Of a DNA stretch of 64,000 nt, positions 1 through 10,564 are shown one piece after another; positions within the stretch are counted from its first letter, which is position 1, and the number at the start of each line of letters is the position of its first letter. Below the pieces are notes generated by a model. The model saw only the letters and a list, made by a program, of their open reading frames with translations, did no database searches and was not told where the DNA came from. Source of the stretch: Oscillospiraceae bacterium. GTDB taxonomy: Bacteria > Bacillota > Clostridia > UMGS1810. Location: positions 276 through 64,275 of the forward strand of contig SVJU01000008.1 of the NCBI GenBank assembly GCA_015068825.1, in the 5' to 3' direction. The position numbers and the translations under genes are program-made.

Positions 1-2
1 TA

Positions 3-1931
3 GAAGTTAATGGTGAACTTATTTCACCTGTTGCAATGCGTTCGTTCAGACCCCAGCCATATAACATATCTCAGTTTTCAAGAATGGGAGTTCGCCTTTT
101 CCAAATGATTGTATCAGGAAAGAAAAATGCACTTGGCGATATGTATTCATTATACGGCGGAGTGTGGACAGGTGAAAATGAATATGATTTTACAGGCTTT
201 GACAAGCAGATGGAAATGTTTATAAAATTTGCGCCGGATGGATATTTTCTTGTTATGATACAGCTCGATACGCCCGACTGGTATGTTGAAAAAAACAAAA
301 AAGCTTACGACAGCTTTAAAAATTTAGGTATAGCTGCTGTTGATGAAAAGTGGAAAAAAGAAGCCGCTGATTACCTTAAATCTTTTATAACCTATGCAGA
401 AGAAAAATATGGCGACAGAATATTTGGTTATAGTTATTCGTGCGGGCTTTGCACTGAATGGTTTATGAATGATAAAGGACTTGCTACTGAGGAAAAAGAA
501 AAAGCATATAAAAAATATCTTAATGATGAAAATGCCAGAATCCCCGTATTTGGCGGCGATGAATATTTGGATGAGTGTGATTTAAGAACTCCTTGTTCCA
601 ATGAGAAAAAATATATGGATTTTTGTTGTAAACTAAGTGCTGAGCTTGTTTGCTATTTTGCAAAACAAGCGCAAAGTATTTTAAATCACAAAAAACTTGT
701 TGGTGTTTTTTATGGTTATATAGATCAGGGAACATCAATAAAGCAAAATCTTTGGTTTACAAATTTTTATGAAACGGTATGGAAATCAAGTGATATTGAT
801 ATGCTTTTTTCGCCTGCTTCATATAATGACAACAGATTTTTTGAAGGTGTTCCTCTGTTTCAGTATGCAATAGATTCGTTGCCGTTTAATAATAAGCTTT
901 ATATTCACGAAATTGACCACAGAACAGAATTGGCAATGTATCCTTTAAGCACAGGTAATTTTATGTGGGATTGCTATGAAACATACGAAGAATCAGTTGC
1001 GGTGTTAAGAAGAGAATTTTGCAATTTGCTTGTTAAAAATTCAGGCTTTTGGTGGTTTGATTTTTATGGCGGATACTTTTCAACACCACAGTATGAAAAA
1101 GAGTTAAAAAACCAGCTTGAAATATATAAACTTTTAAATAGCACACCATTTGAGCAAGTGGCAGATGTTGCAGTTTTTGTTGATGCACAGTCTATGAATT
1201 ATATGAAAGAGAGGGTAAATCTTGTTCCTAAGTGTGTGCGAGCAAATCTTACCGAGCTTGTTAAAGCGGGAGCAATGATAAAAACATACAATATAAACGA
1301 TATAACAAAAATTAATGCTAATGAATTTAAGCTTTTTGTATTTTTAAATTCGCTTAAAATTTGTGATGAAATACATAGTTTTATAAAAAATAACCTTTCA
1401 GATAAATATAAATTTTTTGTGTATGCCCCAAATATTATGGGAGCTGAAATGGACTCATCCCGCGTTGAAAATATAACCGGAATTAAGATAAAAGAATTTA
1501 CAAAAAAAGAAAAGCATACGGCAATATATGATGGTGTTGAATTTGGATTTTATGAAGCTGTAAGCCCGTTGTTTTATGTTGATGATGCCAGTTCGGATGA
1601 TATTGCTCTGTATGAAAATGGTGCTGTTTGCTTTGCACAAAAAGATAAAACTTTTTATTGTGCAACGGGGAATATACCATATACGCTTTGGCAATATGCC
1701 GAAAAAAAGAGTGGTGCTCATATATGGGCAAATAATGGTTGTTATGTTGCAGCAACTGATAAATTTGTTGCACATCAGAATACCAAATCAACAAAATGTG
1801 AAATTACTCTACCTTTTGAGTGTGAGCTTGAAGAACTTTTTGATGGTGGCTTGTATAAAACGGAAAACAAAAAATTATGTTACAAAGCAAAAATCGGCGA
1901 AACTAAATTGTTTAAAATTAAAGCTATTTGA
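3..1931 (+). CDS. GH42-like (clan GH-A) glycoside hydrolase with C-terminal trimerisation-type domain; 5'-partial
   Basis: Frame is open from nt 3 (EVNGELISPVAM...), so the true start probably lies upstream of the window. Candidate catalytic segments GLCTEWF and HEIDHRT, then FWWFDFYGG and ADVAVFVD; similar to 30468..32624. Confidence 0.6.
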   Translation, partial: EVNGELISPVAMRSFRPQPYNISQFSRMGVRLFQMIVSGKKNALGDMYSLYGGVWTGENEYDFTGFDKQMEMFIKFAPDGYFLVMIQLDTPDWYVEKNKKAYDSFKNLGIAAVDEKWKKEAADYLKSFITYAEEKYGDRIFGYSYSCGLCTEWFMNDKGLATEEKEKAYKKYLNDENARIPVFGGDEYLDECDLRTPCSNEKKYMDFCCKLSAELVCYFAKQAQSILNHKKLVGVFYGYIDQGTSIKQNLWFTNFYETVWKSSDIDMLFSPASYNDNRFFEGVPLFQYAIDSLPFNNKLYIHEIDHRTELAMYPLSTGNFMWDCYETYEESVAVLRREFCNLLVKNSGFWWFDFYGGYFSTPQYEKELKNQLEIYKLLNSTPFEQVADVAVFVDAQSMNYMKERVNLVPKCVRANLTELVKAGAMIKTYNINDITKINANEFKLFVFLNSLKICDEIHSFIKNNLSDKYKFFVYAPNIMGAEMDSSRVENITGIKIKEFTKKEKHTAIYDGVEFGFYEAVSPLFYVDDASSDDIALYENGAVCFAQKDKTFYCATGNIPYTLWQYAEKKSGAHIWANNGCYVAATDKFVAHQNTKSTKCEITLPFECELEELFDGGLYKTENKKLCYKAKIGETKLFKIKAI

Positions 1932-2049
1932 TTGAAATTTTGCCCAAATGTTCTAAAAATTCAAACTTACATTCGTACATTAAACAAGGTATAATGTTAT
2001 TATGAAAGATATAATTGCCATATTAGCCTTTTGTAAGGAGGTGGCTTAA

Positions 2050-3423
2050 CTGATACACATTAAAAAACTGATTACATTTTTAATTTGTTTTATACTTATT
2101 TTGGTTTTTTCATCCTGTAACGACATAAAAAACAAAAATGTAACCGAAATTACAATATGGAGCTCGTCAACAAGCTCAAAGGTTGAATACGAAAATCTTG
2201 TTGATAACTTCAATCAGACGATTGGAAAAGAAAAAAACATTTATATCAATTACATAACAATTGATTCTCTTCTTATAAAAGAAAGGTTGAGCGCAGCCTT
2301 TGAAGAAGGAAATTCTCCCGATATGTTTTTGGGGTTTTCAAAAGAATTTGCTGAAAAAGGATATATAGTTCCAATTAAAGAGCTTGAAGGCGGAAATGAG
2401 TTTTTAAAAGATTTTGGAAGTGTTCCTATGAGGAGTGAAAACTCATTAAACGAAGATGTGTATTGCCTGCCGATATCGGTTACCACACAAGGTCTTTTAT
2501 ATAATAAAGAAATGTTTAAAAAAGCAAACCTTGTAGATGAAAACGGCAATCCTACCCCGCCCGAAACACTTGAAGAATTAAGAGAGTATGCAAAAATACT
2601 TACCAATCCAGATAAGGATGAATACGGAATAGTTCTTCCGCTTGCGTGGGGTAGCTGGTATGGAAGCGATATCCGCTCGCTTATGATGAGCTCGTGCGGA
2701 TTTCAGGAGTTTAATCCTGTTACAGGCAAATACGATTATTCAGGCGCAGTTCCTATAATGGAAACATTTTTGGGCATAAAAGAAGATAAAACTTATGTTC
2801 CCGGTGCAGAAAAAATAGATAACGATACCGCAAGAGCATTGTTTGCATCAGGCGGTGTGGGAATGAAATTTGGTTTCAGCTTTGATGTGGGTGTTTTAAA
2901 TGACCAGTATCCTGCAAATATTGACTGGGGTGTTGCACCGTTTCCTGTGGCGGATAGAAATAATAAGTATAAGCAGAGAATGTCGTACGGATATTCGTTT
3001 TGCGTAACAAAAAAAGCAAAAGATACTGTTGATAATAAAAAGCTTATTGAAGTTTTGAATTATTTTACAAGTGATGAAACATTAGAAAAATTTTACTTAA
3101 GCGGTACAAATGTTCCTTATAAATTGTCAATAGTTGACAATGTAAAAATTGACGAAAGCAAAATAAAAAAAGGCTGGAAGGATTTTTACGACCTTGTAAA
3201 AATAAGCGCAATATATCCCGAAATACCCGTTAATAATCTGGCATCATCCCAAAGAATTGACAATTGCTTTGTAGAAAATGTGTGGACAGGAAAGATGACG
3301 CCTTATGAATGTGCAAAATTAAGTGCAGACGAAATTAATGCATCGGTTTTTGAATATTATCAAAAATTACCCGATGAAGAATTTAATAAGTTTTTAATTC
3401 CCGATTGGGATATAAAAAGATAA
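2050..3423 (+). CDS. Sugar ABC transporter substrate-binding lipoprotein (CUT1 type), probable CTG start
   Basis: AAGGAGGT at 2035-2042, 7 nt before CTG 2050, with an in-frame TAA just upstream. This start gives MIHIKKLITFLICFILILVFSS-C (lipobox). SBP motifs ITIWS, GLLYNKEMFKKA, WGVAPFP. Confidence 0.85.
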   Translation: MIHIKKLITFLICFILILVFSSCNDIKNKNVTEITIWSSSTSSKVEYENLVDNFNQTIGKEKNIYINYITIDSLLIKERLSAAFEEGNSPDMFLGFSKEFAEKGYIVPIKELEGGNEFLKDFGSVPMRSENSLNEDVYCLPISVTTQGLLYNKEMFKKANLVDENGNPTPPETLEELREYAKILTNPDKDEYGIVLPLAWGSWYGSDIRSLMMSSCGFQEFNPVTGKYDYSGAVPIMETFLGIKEDKTYVPGAEKIDNDTARALFASGGVGMKFGFSFDVGVLNDQYPANIDWGVAPFPVADRNNKYKQRMSYGYSFCVTKKAKDTVDNKKLIEVLNYFTSDETLEKFYLSGTNVPYKLSIVDNVKIDESKIKKGWKDFYDLVKISAIYPEIPVNNLASSQRIDNCFVENVWTGKMTPYECAKLSADEINASVFEYYQKLPDEEFNKFLIPDWDIKR

Positions 3424-3448
3424 ATTTATAAAAATGGAGGAAATTTTT

Positions 3449-5335
3449 ATGAAAAGATGTTTAAAAATTATGTTGGCTGTTATGTTGGTAATGACAATGA
3501 TCATTCCTACTTTAGCAGTAAATGCAGCTACGGTTACTACAAATAAAGGTTATGTTTTGGTTGAAGAGGATTTTGAAAGCTTTGGTGCTACTGAACAAAT
3601 GAATTATTCAACTATGACAACAGAAACAGAATATCCAATTGGTGGAGAAAACACAAAATGGGTTTTGCAAACAAATTCAGGAAAAATATTTAACTATACA
3701 AATGCCTTTATCACTAATAGCGGTACTGAGACATCACCAAATATGGCGCTTTCTCTAAGTTCCGGTGGTCTTGTGTTTGAGAGTGATATTACCAGGCGTT
3801 CTGCAGTGTATTATAATGGAGACTATAGCAAAGTTGGAAACAACTTTAAAATTTCTTTTAATTTTAAAAAGAGTACAATAAAGTTAGGCACAGCAGTTAA
3901 ATTTATGCTTTCAGATGATATAAAAAGCTACTATGCATTAAATTTTGAAGGTAAAGCTGACAGACCTGTATGGAATCTATACAAGGTTACAAATAATGGT
4001 ACACCGGAGGTTTTGGTAAGCTCTCCTGAAACTATATCTATCACGAGTGGTACTAATTTTAATGCTGTTAATAACGGTAGTGTTACAATTGTTTATGACA
4101 ACGGAAAAATTTCGTGGGAAATAGATGCTAATAGATACAGTTTAGGTGCATACAAGCACACAGGAACATATACAGATGCAACACCTTTCTCTGCTAAACC
4201 TTCTGAATGTAAATTTGGTTTTTCCACAGATACTGGCAATTCTGCAACAACACTTGCATCATTTGACAACATCAAATTCTCATACTCGGTTTCTAATATT
4301 TCAGAAGATTTTTCAGGTGAAGGTATTACAAAAGATACAGCATTTGCAAATGAATCAGGTGTTCAAAGTGTAAGAACAAATATTACAGGCACAGATTTAT
4401 ATGTTACAACAAGAAGAGTTTCAAATGTAGGCAGACTTATTGCAAAGGTAGACAGTACAGAAAATAAATTAAATATATCGTATACAAATGCTTCTATGTT
4501 TAACATAAACCAAGTAAACAAGCTTGATTTTGTTGAATATAGGGGAAGTGACTTTGAAGGTGTAGGAGAAAACTATACAATTTCTTTTGATTATACATCA
4601 GGACAGAGTGCGAACGCAGGTTACTTTATTTTCGGACTTGAAAATAATGGTGAAGAAGATTTTGAATATAATGATTATTATGTTCTTGCGTTTAGTGGAA
4701 AAGGCGAGGTTGCAAATCATATAAATAATAATGAATACACAATTCCTGGCTGGGAAATAAGAAAAATGACAGGTGGAGATACCTGGTCTGATACAATAGT
4801 TTCTTCAGATTATACAATTACTCATGACCCGAATGCAGAAGGAGCTTCTGTTGATAATACCATAAAAGGTACTTCAATAAAAGAGGCAAGTGTAATTTTA
4901 ACAGTTAATAATGGAGTTGCTACTGTTACTGTTGACCATGCAAAAGATGACGGAACCCCAGATGTAAAAACCTTTAATATTACACCTAAAGGAAACCGTT
5001 TTGGTTTTTCTCACGGTGGTACTTTCGCAGGAAGTGAAAGTGCATCCCCTCACTCTATTGACTTTGATAACATTGTTCTAACAGCAAACAAAAAAGCTGT
5101 TGAGCCAATTGACGGCAAGGTTTATGTTTATGGAGGAAAATTTGCACAAAAAGCTGGTATGCTTTTATTTGAAGTTCCAAACGGAAACAATGTATCTTAC
5201 CATACTGCTCCTATAACATTAACAACACACGAGCAGGCAACTGCAAATATCCCAGAAGGTGCAAGCAAAGTGTTCTTCTGGAACAATTTTGAAAATATTT
5301 ATCCCCTTAACCCAAGCGTTGAAATTACACAATAG
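3449..5335 (+). CDS. Secreted protein with two lectin-like beta-sandwich regions and a C-terminal KVFFW-x7-PL motif
   Basis: GGAGG before ATG 3449; signal peptide (..LAVNA-A); Thr/Ser/Asn/Gly-rich regions ending FDNIKF and FDNIVL; no SLH or LPXTG. Confidence 0.6.
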   Translation: MKRCLKIMLAVMLVMTMIIPTLAVNAATVTTNKGYVLVEEDFESFGATEQMNYSTMTTETEYPIGGENTKWVLQTNSGKIFNYTNAFITNSGTETSPNMALSLSSGGLVFESDITRRSAVYYNGDYSKVGNNFKISFNFKKSTIKLGTAVKFMLSDDIKSYYALNFEGKADRPVWNLYKVTNNGTPEVLVSSPETISITSGTNFNAVNNGSVTIVYDNGKISWEIDANRYSLGAYKHTGTYTDATPFSAKPSECKFGFSTDTGNSATTLASFDNIKFSYSVSNISEDFSGEGITKDTAFANESGVQSVRTNITGTDLYVTTRRVSNVGRLIAKVDSTENKLNISYTNASMFNINQVNKLDFVEYRGSDFEGVGENYTISFDYTSGQSANAGYFIFGLENNGEEDFEYNDYYVLAFSGKGEVANHINNNEYTIPGWEIRKMTGGDTWSDTIVSSDYTITHDPNAEGASVDNTIKGTSIKEASVILTVNNGVATVTVDHAKDDGTPDVKTFNITPKGNRFGFSHGGTFAGSESASPHSIDFDNIVLTANKKAVEPIDGKVYVYGGKFAQKAGMLLFEVPNGNNVSYHTAPITLTTHEQATANIPEGASKVFFWNNFENIYPLNPSVEITQ

Positions 5336-5358
5336 TATTTAATTTTTGGAGGAATTCG

Positions 5359-7587
5359 ATGATTTACAAAAGTGCAATCAAAAAGTTAATATGCACTGTG
5401 CTTATATTTGGCATTTCGGTGAATATGAATGTCTTTGCATCAGAAAAAGTTCAACTTGAAGAGCTTCAGGCGGCAATTAATGCAATGGACCTTAAAAAAG
5501 CAGAAGAGCTTATTATGACAGATAACTCTGACATAATTGAAAATACTGTTGATGTTGATGTTACTGTAGATGAAAACAACATTTTAACAGAAACTTCAAC
5601 ACTTTTGGTTGGTGCTTCAGATGGTGGAAGATACGACTGGCTTTTCAATGAAGATATGAAAACTTTAAATGATGATTATCTTGCGATAATTGATGATGTT
5701 TATGATATTCCTATATTTCGTTGTGGTTTGCCGGGAAATGCAACAGAAAGACTTAAATTTCCTGAAGACAGAACTGCCGATACATATCTTGAAGATATTA
5801 ATCTTGAAATGTATCGCCCTGATGTAAACTATTCGTCTGCACCTCACGGCACAGGATCAGGAACAGAAGGTAAAGGTGCAGCCGCATTTTTGCAGGCACT
5901 TAAAGTAAATCCCGATTGTAAGTTTTTTGTTATTGTAGATATAGAATGTTCTCGTCCTGAAGATACTGCCAATGTGGTAAGATTTTGTCGTGATCCGAAT
6001 GGTAGTAGTGAATGGGCAAAATTAAGAGCAAGCTGGGGTATTGAAAATCCAATCAATCTTATTGGTATTGAAATGGGTAATGAAAAATACTTTTTCTCAA
6101 CTCCCACACCCGAGCTTGCAAAAAGCGCAACCGACTGGTATATTGAAACATTTAAAAAACATTATGAAGCAGTTAAAGCAGTAGACCCAAATATAGAGTT
6201 ATTGCCTACAATCAACTCAAACTCAACAAGAGGCGGATTCTATGAGTGGAATAGACCTGTTTTAGCAGCACTTTATGAATATGTAAATATAATTTCCTTC
6301 CATTTATATTACAGCGGTTATGAGCTTGCTTATACTTATCAGTGGATTCAGGATACTTTAGACCTTATTGAAGAGGTTTCGGGAGGTAAAAAAATTAAAT
6401 TTGCCTTTACAGAGCATGGCACATGGGAAACAAGAACATATACAAAAAGGCAGGGACTGCAGGGAATTTTACCCACAGCGCAGTTCTATAACCGAATGAT
6501 TAAAAAAGATTACATGCATAGTACAAATGCTTTTTGTTACACTCATACAGGCTGGGCTTTTGTACGAAAACAGGACGACGGAACTTTGCAGCCAACAGGT
6601 ATGAACTATATGCACGCTGTATATGAAAAAAACCTTGGTGACAGAGTTTATGATACTTTGGTAGAGAGTGATTCTCCACTTACAGATGAAATGAGCACAG
6701 CACAAAGATTTACTGTTCTTGCAACTGCCAAAGGCGATAATCAGCTTAAAATATTTATCTGTAACAGAGAACCATATACAGATTTTAATGTAAACTTTAA
6801 GTTTAACAATAATTATACATTGGTTGAAGAAACAGTGTTTACTGCACCAAATATTTATTCTTTGGTTTACAGTGAAAACACAAAGGATGTGTTTACTACA
6901 ACAGTAACACCAAAAAATGAGCCCAATTTTTCATCATATAAAATGCCGTCTAAAAGCTTAGTAGTTCTGACCTTGGAAACAAAATCAAAGCTTCCAAGGT
7001 TGGGCGAGGCGGCAGATAGTGAAGAAGTTACCTACGACGGTGAGAAAAAGTTTATTGACCTTGAAGGTTATTGGGCAGAAAACGAAATTTACAATCTTAG
7101 CGATGCAGGTATTGTAAATGGTGTATCAGCTGATGCTTTCAGCCCTGATACAAAAGTTACAAGAGGCGATTTTGCTCTTTTACTTTACCGCACAATTAAA
7201 AAAGACAAAAAGGTAAGCAATTTTGAAATTTTGGATGTTGGCTTTGATTCTCCTTATTATGAAGCGGTAAATTATCTTGTAAATATGGGTGTTATCCGTC
7301 TTGATAACAATAAATTCAACTTAAATGCACCAATATCGGTTATTGATGCGGCAAGTATGATTTACCGTGCTGATAAAACAGCCGATAAAAAAGCAATTGA
7401 TATGTCGCAAAGATATGATGCATCTGATTTGACCGACTGGCAAAAGGATGTACTTAATTATCAGATAAATGGCGGTGTATTAAGATATTTTTACGAAACA
7501 AAGGTTTTAGAGCCATCTAAACTTCTTACAAGAGGAGAAGCGGCAAGTATTATATTCCGTGTTTTCAACAACATAGAAAAGTATTAA
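5359..7587 (+). CDS. Secreted GH51/GH79-like glycoside hydrolase with C-terminal SLH domains
   Basis: Signal peptide; IEMGNEKY (acid/base) and FAFTEHG (nucleophile); arabinofuranosidase-C-like beta domain; SLH FIDLEGYWAE..GIVNG..FSPDTKVTRGDF plus two degenerate repeats. Confidence 0.75.
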   Translation: MIYKSAIKKLICTVLIFGISVNMNVFASEKVQLEELQAAINAMDLKKAEELIMTDNSDIIENTVDVDVTVDENNILTETSTLLVGASDGGRYDWLFNEDMKTLNDDYLAIIDDVYDIPIFRCGLPGNATERLKFPEDRTADTYLEDINLEMYRPDVNYSSAPHGTGSGTEGKGAAAFLQALKVNPDCKFFVIVDIECSRPEDTANVVRFCRDPNGSSEWAKLRASWGIENPINLIGIEMGNEKYFFSTPTPELAKSATDWYIETFKKHYEAVKAVDPNIELLPTINSNSTRGGFYEWNRPVLAALYEYVNIISFHLYYSGYELAYTYQWIQDTLDLIEEVSGGKKIKFAFTEHGTWETRTYTKRQGLQGILPTAQFYNRMIKKDYMHSTNAFCYTHTGWAFVRKQDDGTLQPTGMNYMHAVYEKNLGDRVYDTLVESDSPLTDEMSTAQRFTVLATAKGDNQLKIFICNREPYTDFNVNFKFNNNYTLVEETVFTAPNIYSLVYSENTKDVFTTTVTPKNEPNFSSYKMPSKSLVVLTLETKSKLPRLGEAADSEEVTYDGEKKFIDLEGYWAENEIYNLSDAGIVNGVSADAFSPDTKVTRGDFALLLYRTIKKDKKVSNFEILDVGFDSPYYEAVNYLVNMGVIRLDNNKFNLNAPISVIDAASMIYRADKTADKKAIDMSQRYDASDLTDWQKDVLNYQINGGVLRYFYETKVLEPSKLLTRGEAASIIFRVFNNIEKY

Positions 7588-7606
7588 TGAAAGGTTATTT
7601 GAGTTT

Positions 7607-10549
7607 ATGAAAAAATTTCTTTTACTATTATTATGTTGCATCTTAATAATAAACAGTTCATTTATAGCATTTGCCGACGATCTTGAAGATGAAGAGAAAG
7701 AGCTGTTTGTTGACGGTACCGAAATTAATGCGATTACCGACTATTCTACATACGGTGCGGCTGATGTTACAGAAATGTCAAGTGTAAACTATCTTGACAA
7801 AAACCGTTTTACAGATATAAAAGATGGTGAGCTTTTAAAAAGAGTATCTCTTTTAAGTGCTTTGGGTATTGTCAGCGGTACAGGTGAAGGTAAGTTTTCA
7901 CCGGAGGCGCCTTTTACCCGTATTCAGTTTGTGCTTACAGCACTCAGAATGATTAAATATGATGCTTCAATGTATAACGGTGATGGAGTAGAATTTTACG
8001 ATATAAATAAAGATTATGAATATCTGCCCGAAATTGAAGCGGCAGTAAAGCTTGGCATTATTGCAGGGTTTTCGGATAAAACCTTAAAGCCCGATGCACC
8101 TATAAGCTATCAGGATGCACTTACTGTAATGCTGAGAATTATGGGTTACACCACAAATGCACATTCAAAAGGCGGTTATCCTGACGGATTTATAAAGGTT
8201 GGTGCAGAGCTTGACCTTGATGATGATATTGTTATTAAAGATGATGGTATCTTTACAAGAGCAAATGCTGCCACTCTTTTATACAACTGCCTTCATGCCG
8301 ATTGTTTATGGTCGCCTATAATGGGAAATAAATCTTCTCAGATTGGCGAAATGGGCACAATGCTTGAAGCATATTTTGATATTTATCAATCTTACGGTAT
8401 AATAGAATCAACATACCTTGCAAATATCGGCGATAACGAAAAAGCAACAGATAATACTGTTATTATCGGCGGTGTAAAATATTTTTGCGAAAAACATTCT
8501 TATGCAGATTACATAGGAAAATGTGTTGATGTTTATTACGAAGAAAAAAACAATATTAAAACTATAAAGCATCTTGAAATTTATAACGACGAAAAAGAAA
8601 TTATTATAAAATCTGATGATATTGCAGATTTTGATGATTATACATATCAGTATTACGATGGCAGTAAATTAAAAACTGCAAAAATTGATGTAGGACATAC
8701 TCTTATTTATAACAATAAGAGAAAAATCTCTTACAACAAAGATATCTTTATGCCGAAAAACGGTTATGTAAGACTTTTAAGAACCTGCGATTTTACAGGA
8801 ACAGGTTATAATGTTGTGTTTGTAAATGAATACTTTAACTTCTATGTGGATTCTTTATCTGCAAACGGAAGTATTTTGAAATTTACACCTAATGGCGAAA
8901 CAAGCGGTATGGTTATTGATATGGCAAATGAAGATTTGCTTATGGAAATTTATGACAAAAACGGCAGAATGTCGTCTGATTTGTCTGTTACCGATACTTA
9001 CGATAACGACGGTAATCTTGTTAAAAAATATCTTGTTCCGCCAATTCCCGCAAAATCTGTTATCAGTGTTTTTGCTGATGAAATGGATGATGCTATTGGA
9101 AATCATAAAATTCTGAGCAAAAATGCAACTTACTTAAAAGTGTATATCAATGATGCAAAGATAGAAGGCACAATTGATGAACAGGATTTTGCTTCAAATA
9201 AGCTTGTTATAGGTGATAAAGAATTTGAATTTTCTACCGATAACTTCCTTTTTGAAGATAATGCAATCAAAATTGGCACAGAGGGTACTTTCCTTTTTGA
9301 TTTCAATGGTAAAATAGCGGCTTATATTGAAAAAGGTAAAGACGAATTTATATATGGTTATCTTGTAAATGCTATTGACGGAAGAGATTTTAATGCAGAT
9401 TATAAGTTTAAAATTCTAAAGCCAAACGGACAGATAGAAATGTTTAACTGCGTTGATATAAAAGCATTAAAGCTTAACGGCAAAAAGCTTAAAGATACAA
9501 CTGAGCTTGGAGAAAAATTAAATAAATCTGCAAAGCTTATTGATAAAACCTTTACTATTTCGCAGATTATTAAATATAAGCTTAACGAAGAAAATAAAAT
9601 AAAAGAATTGCAGACTGTTACTGCATCAACAGGAATTGCGACAGGATACGAGGCTGACCATTTAAACAGACATGCACCAAGAGCATCGTATACATCTCCG
9701 CAGTATTTTGGCGGTGCGCTTTTCAGTGCAGACGGTGACATTGTTGTAGAAGGCAGAAAGCTTGCCAGATACTCAAAAAGCGGATTTTATTTTATAGTTC
9801 CCGATGCTGAAACATTTGAAGATAAAGATTACGGGGTTAAAGCGGATACATATTATTTTTCTTCTTCAACAAAAATGGATTTATACAATTGTAACGAAAA
9901 TTTAAGTGCAGATGTAGCTGTAATATACGCAAAAACGGAACTTACACAAAACGACCCGCCGTTTATTGTTGTTAAAAACAAAAAACAGGTTGTTGATGAA
10001 GACGGTATGGGTGTTGTAGCGGTTTCGGGTGTTGACGGATACAGAGAAGCTGAATTTGTTGAAAAAACAGAAGGTGTATTTTCCAATGCCAAAGAAGGCG
10101 ATGTTTATTTCTGTAAAGGTTCATTCAATCAGATAGAAGAAGCAGAAATGATTTATTCGTTATATGATGTTGCAAATCATAACTATGACAGCACCGAGTA
10201 TATAATGAAAACCTTAACAGCCGATAGCGAAACTTTGTATGCCACACCTATGGAGGTTTATGATTACAGTGCTGCCACACGAAGCTTTGTGCTTCAGATG
10301 GGCCCTGATGGTGACGGTGACGGAAAAAGAGATATGCAAAGAGTTTGTTACTGGTCAAATATTTCTACAACCTTTAGATATGGTTGTGTAACATGTAATA
10401 TTTACGACAGGGAAATTGAGCTTAAAACCGGTAATGCAGGCGATATAAGACCTGCAAGAAAGTTCAGTCATAAAGACAGCACAAAAATACTTATTGTAGA
10501 AAGCAGCAACCTTCGTTTCTTTGTTTTGGTCAACGATTACAGAAATTAA
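7607..10549 (+). CDS. S-layer-like surface protein with N-terminal SLH domains
   Basis: Signal peptide; SLH repeats LGIVSG..FSPEAPFTR and LGIIAGFSD..LKPDAPIS; long beta-rich body similar to 41942..43615. Confidence 0.75.
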   Translation: MKKFLLLLLCCILIINSSFIAFADDLEDEEKELFVDGTEINAITDYSTYGAADVTEMSSVNYLDKNRFTDIKDGELLKRVSLLSALGIVSGTGEGKFSPEAPFTRIQFVLTALRMIKYDASMYNGDGVEFYDINKDYEYLPEIEAAVKLGIIAGFSDKTLKPDAPISYQDALTVMLRIMGYTTNAHSKGGYPDGFIKVGAELDLDDDIVIKDDGIFTRANAATLLYNCLHADCLWSPIMGNKSSQIGEMGTMLEAYFDIYQSYGIIESTYLANIGDNEKATDNTVIIGGVKYFCEKHSYADYIGKCVDVYYEEKNNIKTIKHLEIYNDEKEIIIKSDDIADFDDYTYQYYDGSKLKTAKIDVGHTLIYNNKRKISYNKDIFMPKNGYVRLLRTCDFTGTGYNVVFVNEYFNFYVDSLSANGSILKFTPNGETSGMVIDMANEDLLMEIYDKNGRMSSDLSVTDTYDNDGNLVKKYLVPPIPAKSVISVFADEMDDAIGNHKILSKNATYLKVYINDAKIEGTIDEQDFASNKLVIGDKEFEFSTDNFLFEDNAIKIGTEGTFLFDFNGKIAAYIEKGKDEFIYGYLVNAIDGRDFNADYKFKILKPNGQIEMFNCVDIKALKLNGKKLKDTTELGEKLNKSAKLIDKTFTISQIIKYKLNEENKIKELQTVTASTGIATGYEADHLNRHAPRASYTSPQYFGGALFSADGDIVVEGRKLARYSKSGFYFIVPDAETFEDKDYGVKADTYYFSSSTKMDLYNCNENLSADVAVIYAKTELTQNDPPFIVVKNKKQVVDEDGMGVVAVSGVDGYREAEFVEKTEGVFSNAKEGDVYFCKGSFNQIEEAEMIYSLYDVANHNYDSTEYIMKTLTADSETLYATPMEVYDYSAATRSFVLQMGPDGDGDGKRDMQRVCYWSNISTTFRYGCVTCNIYDREIELKTGNAGDIRPARKFSHKDSTKILIVESSNLRFFVLVNDYRN

Positions 10550-10564
10550 TTCGGGAGAAATTTT

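Noticed and set aside
1960-1995. Promoter for the 2050 SBP with TACATT direct repeat
   Set aside because: TATAAT at 1990 is good, but the -35 is poor and the 6-bp repeat is too short to distinguish from chance.
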